A DNA stretch of 64,000 nucleotides from an uncultured Chloroflexia bacterium (GTDB taxonomy: Bacteria > Chloroflexota > Limnocylindria > Limnocylindrales > CSP1-4). Made by a program: the position numbers and the translations under genes. The notes below the pieces were generated by a model. That model worked only from the letters and a program-made list of their open reading frames with translations. It searched no databases and had not been told where the DNA came from. Shown piece by piece: positions 18,750-29,474 of the stretch. Each line of letters starts with the position of its first letter. Position 1 is the stretch's first letter. The stretch covers positions 342,123 through 406,122 of the forward strand of contig CAWIGT010000006.1 of NCBI GenBank assembly GCA_963835845.1, read 5' to 3'.

Positions 18750-18766
18750 GTCACGTCGTGACGGGC
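18750..18766. promoter_or_regulatory. 17-bp perfect palindrome CCGTCACG-T-CGTGACGG upstream of the dCMP deaminase gene
   Basis: Read from the sequence. Lies about 55 bp upstream of the ATG at 18820 in a divergent intergenic region. Confidence 0.3.
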
Positions 18767-18819
18767 CGGGTTCGTGGACGCACGATCGCGATGCCCGGAG
18801 CGAATTGAGCGAGGACGTC

Positions 18820-19398
18820 ATGGGCCCGGTCGTCATCGAGCTGGGCGATGCCACCTGGCAGCGCCACGACTTCTACATGCGCCTGGCGATGGTCGTCGAA
18901 TCCGGGGCGAAGTGCCTGGGCTCACACGTCGGAGCCGTGATAGTCCGTGACGACCGGGTACTCGGCAGCGGCTACAACGGCACTCCCGCCGGATACCCCA
19001 ACTGCACCGAAGCGGAACGCGGCTGCCGCCGTTGCGCGCTCCGTGTCGAGCAGCCCGACGCCGGCCTGTCGGGCAAGCTCTACGACATCTGCGTCTGCGT
19101 ACACGCCGAACAGAACGCCATGGCCACGGCCGCCCGGTTCGGCACCGCCATCGACGGCGCGATCCTCTACACGACGCTCCAGCCGTGCTTCAACTGCCTC
19201 AAGCAACTGATGCAGGTGCGTTTGCGCGGGGTTGTGTTCCGACGCGAGTGGCAGGCCGGCCACCCGGATTACGCCTGGGTCGCGTCCGAGTACGAGCGCC
19301 TGGTGGACCACTACCGCTCTCAGGGCAACATCTTCACCCGACTCGCGCAGGTGGAGCAGCTGGCCGCGGTCGAGGTGGAGATCGGCCACCCGGTCTAG
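18820..19398 (+). CDS. dCMP/cytidine deaminase-family zinc enzyme (ComEB-like)
   Basis: ATG at 18820. HAEQNA zinc/catalytic motif and PCFNCLK second zinc ligand pair. 192 aa. The upstream 139 codons of ORF 18403..19398 were rejected. Confidence 0.8.
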   Translation: MGPVVIELGDATWQRHDFYMRLAMVVESGAKCLGSHVGAVIVRDDRVLGSGYNGTPAGYPNCTEAERGCRRCALRVEQPDAGLSGKLYDICVCVHAEQNAMATAARFGTAIDGAILYTTLQPCFNCLKQLMQVRLRGVVFRREWQAGHPDYAWVASEYERLVDHYRSQGNIFTRLAQVEQLAAVEVEIGHPV

Positions 19399-19420
19399 AG
19401 CCGGTTCCCGGCGGGCCCGG

Positions 19421-20470
19421 TCAGGCGATCGCGATCATGCGCTCGAGAGCCAGGCGAGCGCGGGCCGCGGTTTCGGTCGGGACTTCGATCTCGTGGACGC
19501 CCAGACGCAGCGAGTCGCGCAGCTTCTCAAGGGTAGTGAGCTTCATGTACTGGCAGATGGCTTCGCGGTTCACCGCGATGAAGCGCTTGCCGGGCGCTTT
19601 CCGGTTGAGGCGATGCAGGATGCCGACTTCGGTCGCGATCAGGAATGTATCGGCCGGCGACTGCTCGGCGTAAGTGACCATGCCCTCCGTCGACAGGACG
19701 TGAGCGCCGTCGCCGACGGCCTCGATTACCTGGCTCGTGCAGCCGCACTCGGGATGAATGAGCAGCTCCGCGTTTGGCACGTCGCGGTGCCATTGCGCCA
19801 CGTCCGCCGGTCCGATGCCCGCGTGAACGTGGCACTCGCCCAGCCAGATGGTGAGCTTGCGGCCCGTCACGCGCTGCAGCCAGAGCCCGAGGAACATGTC
19901 CGGCAGGAACAGGATCTGACGGTCGGCTGGGATGGCGTCGATTACGGCCCGGGCGTTGCCGGACGTGCAGCAGTAATCGCTCTCTGCCTTCACCGCCGCG
20001 GTGGTGTTCACGTACGAAACCACGACGGCGCCACGGTGCTCGGCCTTCCAGTTGCGCAGCTGCTCGACCGTGATCGAGTCGGCCAGCGAGCAGCCGGCAG
20101 CAAGGTCAGGCAGCAAGACACGCTTGCCCGGCGAGAAAATCTTGGCCGTCTCCGCCATGAACGAGACCCCGCAGAAGACGATGGTCGACTCCGGGGCGGA
20201 GGCGGCCACGCGCGACAGGCGCAGCGAGTCCCCGACGTGGTCGGCCACGTCCTGGATCTCCGGCCGCTCGTAGCTATGGGCAAGGATCGTGGCATTGTGT
20301 TCGCGCGCCAGCTCACGGATCTCGGCCTGGAGGGCCGGGAACGTCGCGGGGTCGCCCGGCGGCGGGACGAGGACGGAGGTTGGGCCGAAAGCGAGGCTCG
20401 CGGGCCATTCGGCGGGGGCCGGCGGCCGACTCGCGGCCGGGACGGTTCTGCCCGCGTCTGCGGGGTTCAT
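19421..20470 (-). CDS. nadA: quinolinate synthase
   Basis: 349 aa. ATG verified at 20468-20470. Conserved NadA blocks (ILAHSYERPEIQ, FCGVSFMAETAKI, HPECGC). ATGA overlap with the nadC stop. Confidence 0.9.
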   Translation of the reverse strand: MNPADAGRTVPAASRPPAPAEWPASLAFGPTSVLVPPPGDPATFPALQAEIRELAREHNATILAHSYERPEIQDVADHVGDSLRLSRVAASAPESTIVFCGVSFMAETAKIFSPGKRVLLPDLAAGCSLADSITVEQLRNWKAEHRGAVVVSYVNTTAAVKAESDYCCTSGNARAVIDAIPADRQILFLPDMFLGLWLQRVTGRKLTIWLGECHVHAGIGPADVAQWHRDVPNAELLIHPECGCTSQVIEAVGDGAHVLSTEGMVTYAEQSPADTFLIATEVGILHRLNRKAPGKRFIAVNREAICQYMKLTTLEKLRDSLRLGVHEIEVPTETAARARLALERMIAIA

Positions 20471-21444
20471 TCGGCAACCTCGAGCGAGACGTCGAGCGCC
20501 CTGGGCGAATGAGTGAGGGCGCCGATCGAGACGAAATCGACGCCGGTCTCGCCGACGGCGTGCAGGTTGTCGAGCGTGATGCCGCCGGATGCCTCGGTTT
20601 CGACCCGGCCACCGACCAGTGCGACGGCCCGGCGCAACTGATCGACGTTCATGTTGTCGAGCAGGATGCGGTTGACTCCCGCCTCCAGGGCAGCGCGAAC
20701 ATCGTCCAGCGTTTCGGCCTCGACTTCGAGGCGGAGGCGCGGCGCGGACTCGCGAAGCCGCGCGGCGGCCGCGGCAATCCCCCCGGCGAGGCGGAGGTGG
20801 TTGTCCTTGACCAGCAGCGCCTCGCCCAGGTTGAGACGATGATTGGTGCCACCGCCGCAACGAACCGCGTATTTCTCCAGTTCCCGCAAGCCGGCGGTGG
20901 TTTTGCGCGTGTCCAGGAGCGTGGCTCCGGTTCCTTCCAGTTCGGAGACGCAGCGGGCCGTCAGCGTCGCGATGCCTGAGAGCCGGCCGAGCAGGTTCAT
21001 TGCCGTCCGCTCGCCCGACAGGATGGACCGCGTCGGACCGGTGATCCGGGCGATCTCCTGCGGTGCGGTGTCGACGCGGTCGCCGTCGCCGGCGAGCGGC
21101 GTCACCACGACGTCCGGGCTCAGCGCCGCGAACGTGGCGGCGACGACGGGCAAACCGCAGACGACGCCCGGCTCCTTGACCAGGAGCGACATCGTGGCCG
21201 TTGCTTCCGGGCCGAACAGGCCCTCGGTCGTGGGATCGCCGAGCCCGAGATCCTCGGCCAGAGCCGAGGCCACGACCCGAGCCACCGCCTCGGGGTCCGG
21301 CGGGCGGATGGGACGGATCTGGCGGGGCGCGGACGGAGCCGCATGGGCCGAGGGGGCCGCGGGCGCGGACTGAGCTGCGGGCGCGGACGGCGAGGCGGCG
21401 GCAGGTGCGGGCCTGTCAACGGGCTTGGTGGCTGTCAACTCCAC
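20467..21444 (-). CDS. nadC: nicotinate-nucleotide pyrophosphorylase (carboxylating)
   Basis: Conserved ALAEDLG...DPTT N-terminal block, LLDTRKTTAGLR and LLDNM motifs. No in-frame ATG. GTG candidates at 21444 (10-nt overlap with nadB, Ala/Pro-rich leader) or 21285. Start is uncertain. Confidence 0.75.
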   Translation of the reverse strand: MELTATKPVDRPAPAAASPSAPAAQSAPAAPSAHAAPSAPRQIRPIRPPDPEAVARVVASALAEDLGLGDPTTEGLFGPEATATMSLLVKEPGVVCGLPVVAATFAALSPDVVVTPLAGDGDRVDTAPQEIARITGPTRSILSGERTAMNLLGRLSGIATLTARCVSELEGTGATLLDTRKTTAGLRELEKYAVRCGGGTNHRLNLGEALLVKDNHLRLAGGIAAAAARLRESAPRLRLEVEAETLDDVRAALEAGVNRILLDNMNVDQLRRAVALVGGRVETEASGGITLDNLHAVGETGVDFVSIGALTHSPRALDVSLEVAE

Positions 21445-22841
21445 TGCTCCAGAACGAGGTCCCGGCCCGGCCGCAACACGAAATGCCCTTCGAACGCCGG
21501 GTCGACGACGGGCGCGTCGATACGGTAATGGACGCCGCGACTCTCGGCTCGGGCCAGGGCGAAACGGGCCACGAGCGAGGCCACGGGGTCCGGACTGGCG
21601 GCGAGTTCCGAAAGGTCGGCTGGGTCGCGGACGACGCCGGCCTGGCGCCACACCTGCTCGCGCAAGGCCTCCGACGCGACGCGCTCCGGCGGGATCGGCG
21701 TGGCGCGCATAGCGGCGACGTGCCGCGCGGCAAGCTCCGGCGCCTCGTCGAGCGCGGCCAGGGCGGCCCGCCGCCCGAAGACCAGGCATTCGAGAAGTGA
21801 GTTCGAGGCCAGGCGGTTGGCTCCGTGGACGCCGGTTGCGGCGCACTCGCCCGCCGCATACAGAGCGAGGATGTCCGTTCGGCCGTCGAGGTCCGTCACT
21901 ATGCCGCCGATCGTGTAATGCGCGGCGGGAGAAACCGGGATCGGCTGGATCGCCGGGTCGAAGCCAGACTTCAGGATCTCCTCCATGAGACCCGGGAAGC
22001 GCGAGCGATCGATCGAGCGCAGATCCAGGAATACCCGCCCCTTCTTGACCATCGCTCTCGCAACCTCGTCACGCGGGGCCAGCTCTTCGACGAACCGCTC
22101 GCCCGCGGCGTCGAGGAGTGTTGCGCCATCGCCCCGAAGCGCCTCGGTCAGGAGCAGCCGGGAGCCTTCGAGCACGGTCGGGTGGAACTGCATGAATTCC
22201 ATGTCGGCGACGGCCGCGCCCGCCGCGACACCGATCGCGACCGCGTCGCCGATCTGTCCGGACGGGTTGGTGGTCCGAGCCCACAGGGCGGCGGCACCGC
22301 CCATGGCGAGGATCGTCGCCCTGGCCGTGACCGGTCCTTCGGGAGTCATCGCCCCGAGGCAGCGGCCGTCCTGGACGAGGAGCCCGAGAACAGCAGTCGT
22401 TTCGCGGGTAAGGATCGTTGCGGAACTCACCGCCCGGCGACTGAGCAGGCTCGTGACCGCCCAGCCGGTCGCGGCCCCGTCGACGCTCGAGACGCGGCGC
22501 CTGGAGTGCCCGCCCTCCAGGCTGAGTTCGGGATCGAACGGAACGCCCATCGTGATCAATTCGCGGACGCGTTCCGGGCCTTCCTCCACCAGCACGCGGA
22601 CGGCGCTGGGCCGGCACAACTCGCGACCGGCCCGCTCCGTGTCGAGGCCGTGCAGCGCCGCCGTGTCGTCGTCGCCGATGGCACCGGCGATGCCACCCTG
22701 CGCGTGCCAGCTGCTCGAATCGGGAGCGTGGCCCTTGGTCAGCATCGTCACGGCGGCGCCGCGATCGGCCGCGGTGAGCGCTGCGGTCAAGCCGGCGGCG
22801 CCGGTCCCCACGACGAGAACGTCGCACGATTCCATGGACAT
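21435..22841 (-). CDS. nadB: L-aspartate oxidase
   Basis: 468 aa. DVLVVGTGAAGLTAAL FAD motif. Succinate-dehydrogenase/fumarate-reductase flavoprotein fold signatures (HYTIGG, GECAATGVHGANRLASNSLLE). Confidence 0.9.
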   Translation of the reverse strand: MSMESCDVLVVGTGAAGLTAALTAADRGAAVTMLTKGHAPDSSSWHAQGGIAGAIGDDDTAALHGLDTERAGRELCRPSAVRVLVEEGPERVRELITMGVPFDPELSLEGGHSRRRVSSVDGAATGWAVTSLLSRRAVSSATILTRETTAVLGLLVQDGRCLGAMTPEGPVTARATILAMGGAAALWARTTNPSGQIGDAVAIGVAAGAAVADMEFMQFHPTVLEGSRLLLTEALRGDGATLLDAAGERFVEELAPRDEVARAMVKKGRVFLDLRSIDRSRFPGLMEEILKSGFDPAIQPIPVSPAAHYTIGGIVTDLDGRTDILALYAAGECAATGVHGANRLASNSLLECLVFGRRAALAALDEAPELAARHVAAMRATPIPPERVASEALREQVWRQAGVVRDPADLSELAASPDPVASLVARFALARAESRGVHYRIDAPVVDPAFEGHFVLRPGRDLVLEQWS

Positions 22842-22996
22842 CTGAGTTGTGACGGACCTCTGACGGTGACCTGGCGAGAAGGCAATCGAACGGTGGCTTC
22901 CACCTTACGCCAGATGGCCCACGGCCGAGGGCCGGCGTCGTGCCACCGCTCGGCCCGTCTCCGGCTCGGCAGACGTCCTGCCGGCCCGGCGTGCGG

Positions 22997-24610
22997 CTAG
23001 GGCTGGCTTCGGTGCTCGCGACGCAGGGAGACGGCCCGACGGTAGGAGGCGGCGTACTGCTCGGCCGGACCCGCTTCCCACGACCAGTCGATGGCCATGC
23101 CGCGGTCGAGCAGCGCCGCCCAGCCGGTCCCGCCGGCGCGATGGCGGTCCATGGCCCGCCGGCAGGCCTCGATCAGCGAGGCCGTCGTCGCCTCGTTGTG
23201 CACGAAGCCCGTGCCGTCGATCGGATGCTCGTCGACGTCGACGACCGTGTCGGCCAGACCGCCGGTCCGATGCACGATCGGCGGGGTCCCGTAGCGGAGC
23301 GCGATCATCTGACCTTGCCCGCACGGCTCGAACCGCGAAGGCATCACGTACAGGTCCGCCCCGGCGTAGATGCGGCGCGCCAGCGCCCGATCGAACGCTT
23401 CCACGATCGCCACCGACCTGGGCTGCCGCTTCGCCAGCCGCCGCAACCCGCCCACCAACGCCGGGTCGCCCGTGCCCAGGGCGACGACGCGAGCGCCGTC
23501 CGCGATCAGTTTTGGCGCGGCCTCGGCCAGCAGGTCGAAACCTTTCTGCGGATCGAGCCGGCCGATCATGCCCAGCACCGGCCCATCGTCGTCCGGGTCA
23601 AAGTCGAGCTCTGCAAGCAATGCCCGGCGGCAAGCAGCCTTGCCGGCCAGCTCGTGGCGCGAATACGGCCGGCTGAGCGCGGCGTCGGTCGCCGGGTCCC
23701 AGACGGCCATATCCAGACCGTTGAGGATTCCGCCGAAACGGTGCCCGAGGCCGGCCAGATCCTTTTCCAGGCCCATCCCGAACTCCGGCCGAAGGATCTC
23801 CTGGGCATATCCGGGGCTCACGGTATTCACCAGCTCGGCGCGCCTGATCCCTTCCCTGAGGAGCAGGATGCCGTCGGACGCAGCAGGGAGCGCCTGGGCA
23901 AGCTCGTCCGGGAACGCCATTCCGGCGGCCTGGTCGCGGCCGAGCCAACCCTGATAGGCCAGGTTGTGGATCGTGACCATGACCGCGGCCCGCGAGATGA
24001 GCGGATACGCCTCGTATGCGACGTCCCGCAGAACGACCGCGGGCATGGCCTGCCAGTCGTGGAGGTGGAGCACGTCGACCGGCCGCTCGTCGGCCAGCAG
24101 GGCTTCGATCGCGGCCCGGCAGAGCAGCCCGAAGCGCCAGCCGTTGTCTGCGTAGTCACCGCGGGAATCGCCGTAGTAACCGTCCCGGTCGAACGCCGGC
24201 GGATGGTCGACCAGGCGGACTCGGTAGCCGCGGTCGTCGAACTCGACCAGCGTCACCTCGGTCGTGCCGCTCTCGGCGAGCGGATCCGGCACCGCCAGCG
24301 GCCGGGTCGTGGCTCGCTCCGGAACCGCCACTCCCCGGTAGCGCGGCAGGAACACGTCGACGGGCGGCTCCACGTGGCCCGGCAGGTCGGCCTCGCCCTG
24401 CCCTACCGCCACGACGGCGCCCGTTCCCAACCAGACTTGAGACTGGGGAGCGTGCGGCAGACTTCGACTCCCGGCCGCGCTACCCGGGGCGTTCTCGGCC
24501 GCGCCGCCCGCTGCGGCCCCGACGGCGCGGGCCAGCGCGTCCACGACGTCGCCCAGGCCGCCTGTCTTGGCCCACGGCTCGCACTCGGCGGCGATGCAGA
24601 CGACCCGCAT
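22997..24610 (-). CDS. glgA: glycogen (starch) synthase, ADP-glucose type
   Basis: N-terminal E-PWAKTGGLGDV motif. GT5/GT1 architecture. 537 aa. Confidence 0.85.
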   Translation of the reverse strand: MRVVCIAAECEPWAKTGGLGDVVDALARAVGAAAGGAAENAPGSAAGSRSLPHAPQSQVWLGTGAVVAVGQGEADLPGHVEPPVDVFLPRYRGVAVPERATTRPLAVPDPLAESGTTEVTLVEFDDRGYRVRLVDHPPAFDRDGYYGDSRGDYADNGWRFGLLCRAAIEALLADERPVDVLHLHDWQAMPAVVLRDVAYEAYPLISRAAVMVTIHNLAYQGWLGRDQAAGMAFPDELAQALPAASDGILLLREGIRRAELVNTVSPGYAQEILRPEFGMGLEKDLAGLGHRFGGILNGLDMAVWDPATDAALSRPYSRHELAGKAACRRALLAELDFDPDDDGPVLGMIGRLDPQKGFDLLAEAAPKLIADGARVVALGTGDPALVGGLRRLAKRQPRSVAIVEAFDRALARRIYAGADLYVMPSRFEPCGQGQMIALRYGTPPIVHRTGGLADTVVDVDEHPIDGTGFVHNEATTASLIEACRRAMDRHRAGGTGWAALLDRGMAIDWSWEAGPAEQYAASYRRAVSLRREHRSQP

Positions 24611-24793
24611 ACATCAACTCCTGTGGGGATCGAAGACCTGTCGGCTCGTCGATCATGGTAGACAAAAAGCAGCCGGACGACTGCCGGTCGCCGGCACCCG
24701 CAACCCCCGACTCCGCCCCGCTGTTCGGCCGTTCGAGCCGGCTCGACCACAGCAAACGAAGTCACGCGCGCCGTCGGATATGATGCGTCACTG

Positions 24794-27028
24794 ATGGAAC
24801 AATCGGTCCAGGTTCCCACACTCCCCGGCGCGTCCTTCAGGCTGCCCCCGCAGCTCGAGGGCATGCGGCGCCTCGCCTACAACCTGTGGTGGAGCTGGAA
24901 CCCGCGCGCCCGAGCGCTCTACAGCCGCATCGACGGCCTGTCCTGGTCGCGCTACCGAAATCCCGTCGAGGTTCTGTCTCAGCCGATCGCCTGGTCGGAC
25001 CTGCTGGACGACCCGGCCTTCATGGCCGAGTACACGCAGCGTTCTGGCGGCATTCGATCGCTACATGGCGAACGGCGCGCGAGCCACTGGTTCAACCGCC
25101 AGCACGGCCCGGCCATGGAGGGACCGATCGCCTACTTCTGCGCGGAATACGGCTTCCACGAGACGTCTGGGCATCTACTCGGGCGGCCTGGGCGTGCTCG
25201 CCGGCGACCACATCAAGTCCGCCTGCGACATGGCCCTGCCGTTCGTCGGCGTGGGTCTGCTCTACCGGCACGGCTACTTCCGCCAGACGATCGACGCGGA
25301 CGGCCACCAGGAGCACGCCTACCCGGACTACGACCTGGCGCGAGCTGCCGCTCCTGCGCGGTGCTCGGGCAGGACGGCGAGCCGCTGACGATTGGGGTCG
25401 AGCTGCCCGGGCGCAGCCGTGTCGCGGCCGTCTGGCTCGCCCAGGTCGGACGCGTGCCGGTCCTCCTCCTCGACACGGACATCCCGGACAACGCAGACGC
25501 GGACCGGCCGATCACGCACATCCTCTACGTCCGCGGCCGCGAGATGCGCCTCCACCAGGAGCTGGTGCTGGGCGTCGGCGGCGTCCGCGCCCTCGAGGCG
25601 CTCGGCATCACGCCCGCCGGTCTGGCACCTCAACGAAGGCCACTCGGCGTTCCTGCTCGTCGAGCGCGCCCGCGAGCTGGTGGCCCAGGGCAGTGCCGCT
25701 CTCGGACGACGCCTGCGACCGCGTCCGAGCGCAACAGCGTCTTCACGATCCACACGCCGGTCTCGGCCGGCAACGAGCGTTTCGACGCGGAGCTGGTGCG
25801 CCGCAGTCGCCGGCCCGCTCTCGAGGGCGACGGCCGCAAGGGCACCGGCGGCATCGCGATGGACGCGTCCTGGAGCTGGCTCGCGGCGTGGACGGCGACG
25901 CGGCGCCAGTTCGACATGACCGCCTTCTCGCTGCGCCTGTCACGCACGCGGCCAACGCCGTGAGCCAGCTGCACGCCGAGACGGCCAACGCGACCTGGCA
26001 GCGGTCTGGGCAACAAACAGATCCTCGGGCATCACCAACGGCGTCCACATGCCCACCTGGGTCGGCCGAGCCGATGCGCGACGTCTACGAGCGCTATCTC
26101 GGCGGCGGAGCTCGACGACCTCGACGCCGGAACGGCTCCGGCCGTTTCTGGGAGCGCGATCGAGCAGATCCCGGACGGCGAGCTCTGGGAAGCTCACCAG
26201 CGCCAGAAGCTCGAGCTGCATGATCTTCGCCCGCAGCCGGCTGCGCCACCAGTTCGCCCGCCACGGCGAGTCGCCCGGCACACTCGAAGAGCTGGAGGAC
26301 GTGCTCGATCGTCGGCACCCTGACGATCGGCTTCGCCCGCCGCTTCGCCACTTACAAGCGCGCCGGCGCTGCTGTTCACCGACATGGACCGCCTGGCGCG
26401 GCTGCTGTGGAACGCGGAGCGGCCCGTGCAGATCATCTTCGCCGGCAAGGCCCATCCGGCCGACCGGCCGGGCCAGCGCGTCATCCAGGAGATCTTCGCG
26501 CCGGTCGCGCTCGCCACAACTGCGCGGCCGCGTCTTCATCCTCGAGGACTACGACATGCGCGTCGCCCGGTTCCTCGTCCAGGGCGTCGACGTGTGGCTC
26601 AACAATCCGCGCCGGCCGCTCGAGGCGTCCGGGACGAGCGGCATGAAGGCCGCCGTCAACGGCGTCGTCAACCTGTCCGTCCTCGACGGCTGGTGGGACG
26701 AAGGCTGGACCGGCGACAACGGCTGGGCGATCGGCGGGCGGGAGACGAACCCGGACGAGGGCGCCCAGGACTGGGCCGACGTCGCAGGATCTCTATCGGC
26801 TCCTCGAGCAGGAGGTCGTGCCGCGCTACTACGACCGCGAGTGAAGACGGCGTCCCGCGAAGCGTGGGCTCGAGATGATGCGCCGCTCGATCGCCAGCAC
26901 GATCTGGCGGTTCTCGACGACGCGGATGCTCCACGAATACATCGAGCAGCTGTACCTGCCGGCGGCTGGGATCGAGATCGAAGAACGCAGGCGAGCCGCC
27001 GCGCGGCCACGCGAGAGACGGCCGCTGA
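24794..27028 (+). pseudogene. alpha-glucan phosphorylase (GlgP-family, archaeal/Thermus-type) disrupted by at least 6 frameshifts
   Basis: Conserved blocks appear successively in three frames: [73 protein letters not shown]. The indels are single bases in G/C runs. The 3' end is ill-defined. Confidence 0.7.
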
Positions 27029-29418
27029 GCCAGGCATTGGGCGAGCCCAGCGGTCTCGCTCGCGCTCGTGATCCACAACCACCAGCCGGTCGGGCAACTT
27101 CGGCTGGGTCTTCGAGGACGTCTACGAGCAGGCGTACTCGCCGATGCTCTTCGCCCTGGAGCGCCATCCGGGCATCCAGCTTGGCGTTGCACTACCGGGC
27201 CCGCTGCTTCAGTGGCTCGCCGCCAACCGACCCGAGCGCTGGACCAGATACGCGGCCTGGTGGGGCGCGGCCAGGTCGAGATCGTGGGCGGCGGCTTCTA
27301 CGAGCCGATCCTGGTGACGCTGCCAGATCGCGACCGGCTCGGGCAGCTCGTTCGGATGCGCGACGAACTGGAGATGCACTTTGGGCAGCGGCCGCGGGGC
27401 GCCTGGCTGGCCGAGCGGGTCTGGGAGCCGTCGCTGCCTACGACCTGGCCGCGGCCGGATACGAGTGGACCGTGCTCGACGACAACCACCTGCGGGCGGC
27501 GTCGATCCGCGAGGACGAAATGTGGACGGCCGTTCACGACCGACGACCAGGGCAAGCGGCTGACGGTGTTCGGGACGGAGCAGGGCTTGCGCTACCGCAT
27601 CCCGTTCCAGCCAGTCGAAGAAGTCATCTCGTACCTGTCGGCGCGACGCGACCGAGGACGGGCGATCGTCGGGATGATGGGCGACGACGGCGAGAAGTTC
27701 GGGGCGTGGCCGGGCACGTACGAGTACTGCTGGGGCCACGAGTATTGGGTGGACCGGCTGTTCTCGGCGCTCGAGGGCAGCGGCGACTGGCTGGCCACGG
27801 TCACGCCGTCCGAGTGGCTGGATCGCCAGCCACCGACGCGACGGGTCTACGTCCCGACCGCTTCGTACGTGGAAATGACCGAATGGGTGCTCCCGCCGGA
27901 CGAGACACCCGTCTTCGTGCGGCTGCTGGAAGAAGCGCGCGGAGCGCAACTTGCCCGCAGCGAGGTTCCTGCGCGGCGGCTTCTGGCGCAACTATCCAGG
28001 CCCGTTACCGCGAGATCAACGAACTCCACAAGCAGATGCTGAGGGCATCGGAGCGGGTCGCGGCGATGCCGGGGGCGGCCGACCCGGCCGTGGTCACCGG
28101 GGGCCGGGCCGACGCAGCCGGGGCGGCCGACGCCACCGGCGCAGCGGGCGCAACCGACGTGGCGGGCGCGACCGGCGCCACCGGCGCAGTGGGCGCGACC
28201 GGCGCCGAGGCCAAAGCTGGCGCGGCCGCCGCGGCGCTGAAGGCGCGGGCCGTGGACCACCTGTACCAGGGCCAGTCCAACGACTGCTACTGGCATGGAC
28301 TCTTCGGTGGCATCTACATCGTCCATATGCGCCTGGCCACTCTCGCCCATCTGATCGCGGCCGAGGATCTCGCCGACGCCGCCGACGCGGCCACCGGAGG
28401 CGAGCCGTACGGCGCCCGGATGGTCGACACGGACCTCGACGCCATCGACGAGGTCCTGGTCACGACACCCGGCCAGACCGTCGTGCTGGACCTGGCCGAG
28501 GGCGCGGCCGTGTCGTCGTGGGATCTTCGGGCGAGTCGGGTCGCGCTGGCCTCGGTCATGCGGCGCCGGCCCGAGGCTTATCACGAACGCCTGGTCGCGC
28601 ACGAGGAGCGAGCCGAGGAAGCGGCGCTCGGCGAAGACGTCCACGAGTCGAACCAGGCCGACGCCGTCGCCGCGGCGTCGGGCGGACCCAGGAGCATCCA
28701 CGATGTCGTCACCGCCAAGGAGCCGGGCATGGCCGCGTTCCTGCATTACGACCGGCACGAGCGACGCAGCGGGCTGCTGCATCTCCAGCCCGCCGACGGC
28801 TCAACGGACGCCGCGGCGTTTGTGAGAGCCGACTACGAGGAATTGGGCGACTTCGCCGAAGGCTCGTTCGAGCCCGGCGTCGTCGAGGCCGATCGGGTCA
28901 TCGCCCGCCGGCTCGGCTCGGTCCGCTTCGAGGGAAACGACCGCGCGCTCCTCATCGAGAAGACGTACCGCTTCGGCGGCGGTCGATCCGATCCGACTCT
29001 GGCCCTGGACGTGTCGCTCGAGAACCCCGGCGACACGCCGCTGGCCTTCGAACTGGCGGTCGAGTGGAACGTCAACCTGCTCGGCGGCGGCCACAATCCG
29101 GCCGCGTACTACGAGACTGCGGCGGGCGAGCGGACGCCCCACGATGCCGCGGGCGAAGTCGTTTCGGCCGGGTCGATCGCCTTCGGCAACGACTTCGAGG
29201 GCGTCCGCGTGGAGGCCCGACCGGAGCCGGCGGCGCGCCTGACGTGGTATCCGGTCGAGACGGTGAGCAACTCCGAGAGCGGCTTCGAGCGCAGCTACCA
29301 GGGCAGCTCGCTGCTCTTCCGCTGGCCGGTCGCCCTTGCCGCGGGCGAGCGCCGGGCCTTCAGCGTCAGCTTCGATACGGCCCAATCCGTCGACCACGCC
29401 GCGGCCGAGCTGGGCTGA
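27029..29418 (+). pseudogene. GH57-family 4-alpha-glucanotransferase/amylase-like enzyme with a long C-terminal extension, disrupted by at least 6 frameshifts
   Basis: IHNHQPVG then GNFGWVFEDVYEQAY then GGGFYEPIL blocks switch between frames 2, 1, 2, 1, 0 and 1. An extra G at gtcgggcaac. The C-terminal ~400 aa include an Ala/Gly/Thr-rich linker. Confidence 0.65.
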
Positions 29419-29474
29419 GGTGAAACGTCGGCCCATCTCGCCGAGCCGCACGAAAAGGTCATGGCTCCAATTGG

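Noticed and set aside
19399-19420. Bidirectional terminator hairpin between convergent dCMP-deaminase and nadA genes
   Set aside because: Only a 5-bp stem with a 3-nt loop and no U-tract. That is too weak to call.
26049-29423. ORFs 26049..27071+, 26875..29418+ and 27951..29423+ as separate genes
   Set aside because: They are alternative-frame fragments of the frameshifted alpha-glucan phosphorylase and GH57-A genes. Conserved blocks continue across frame switches.
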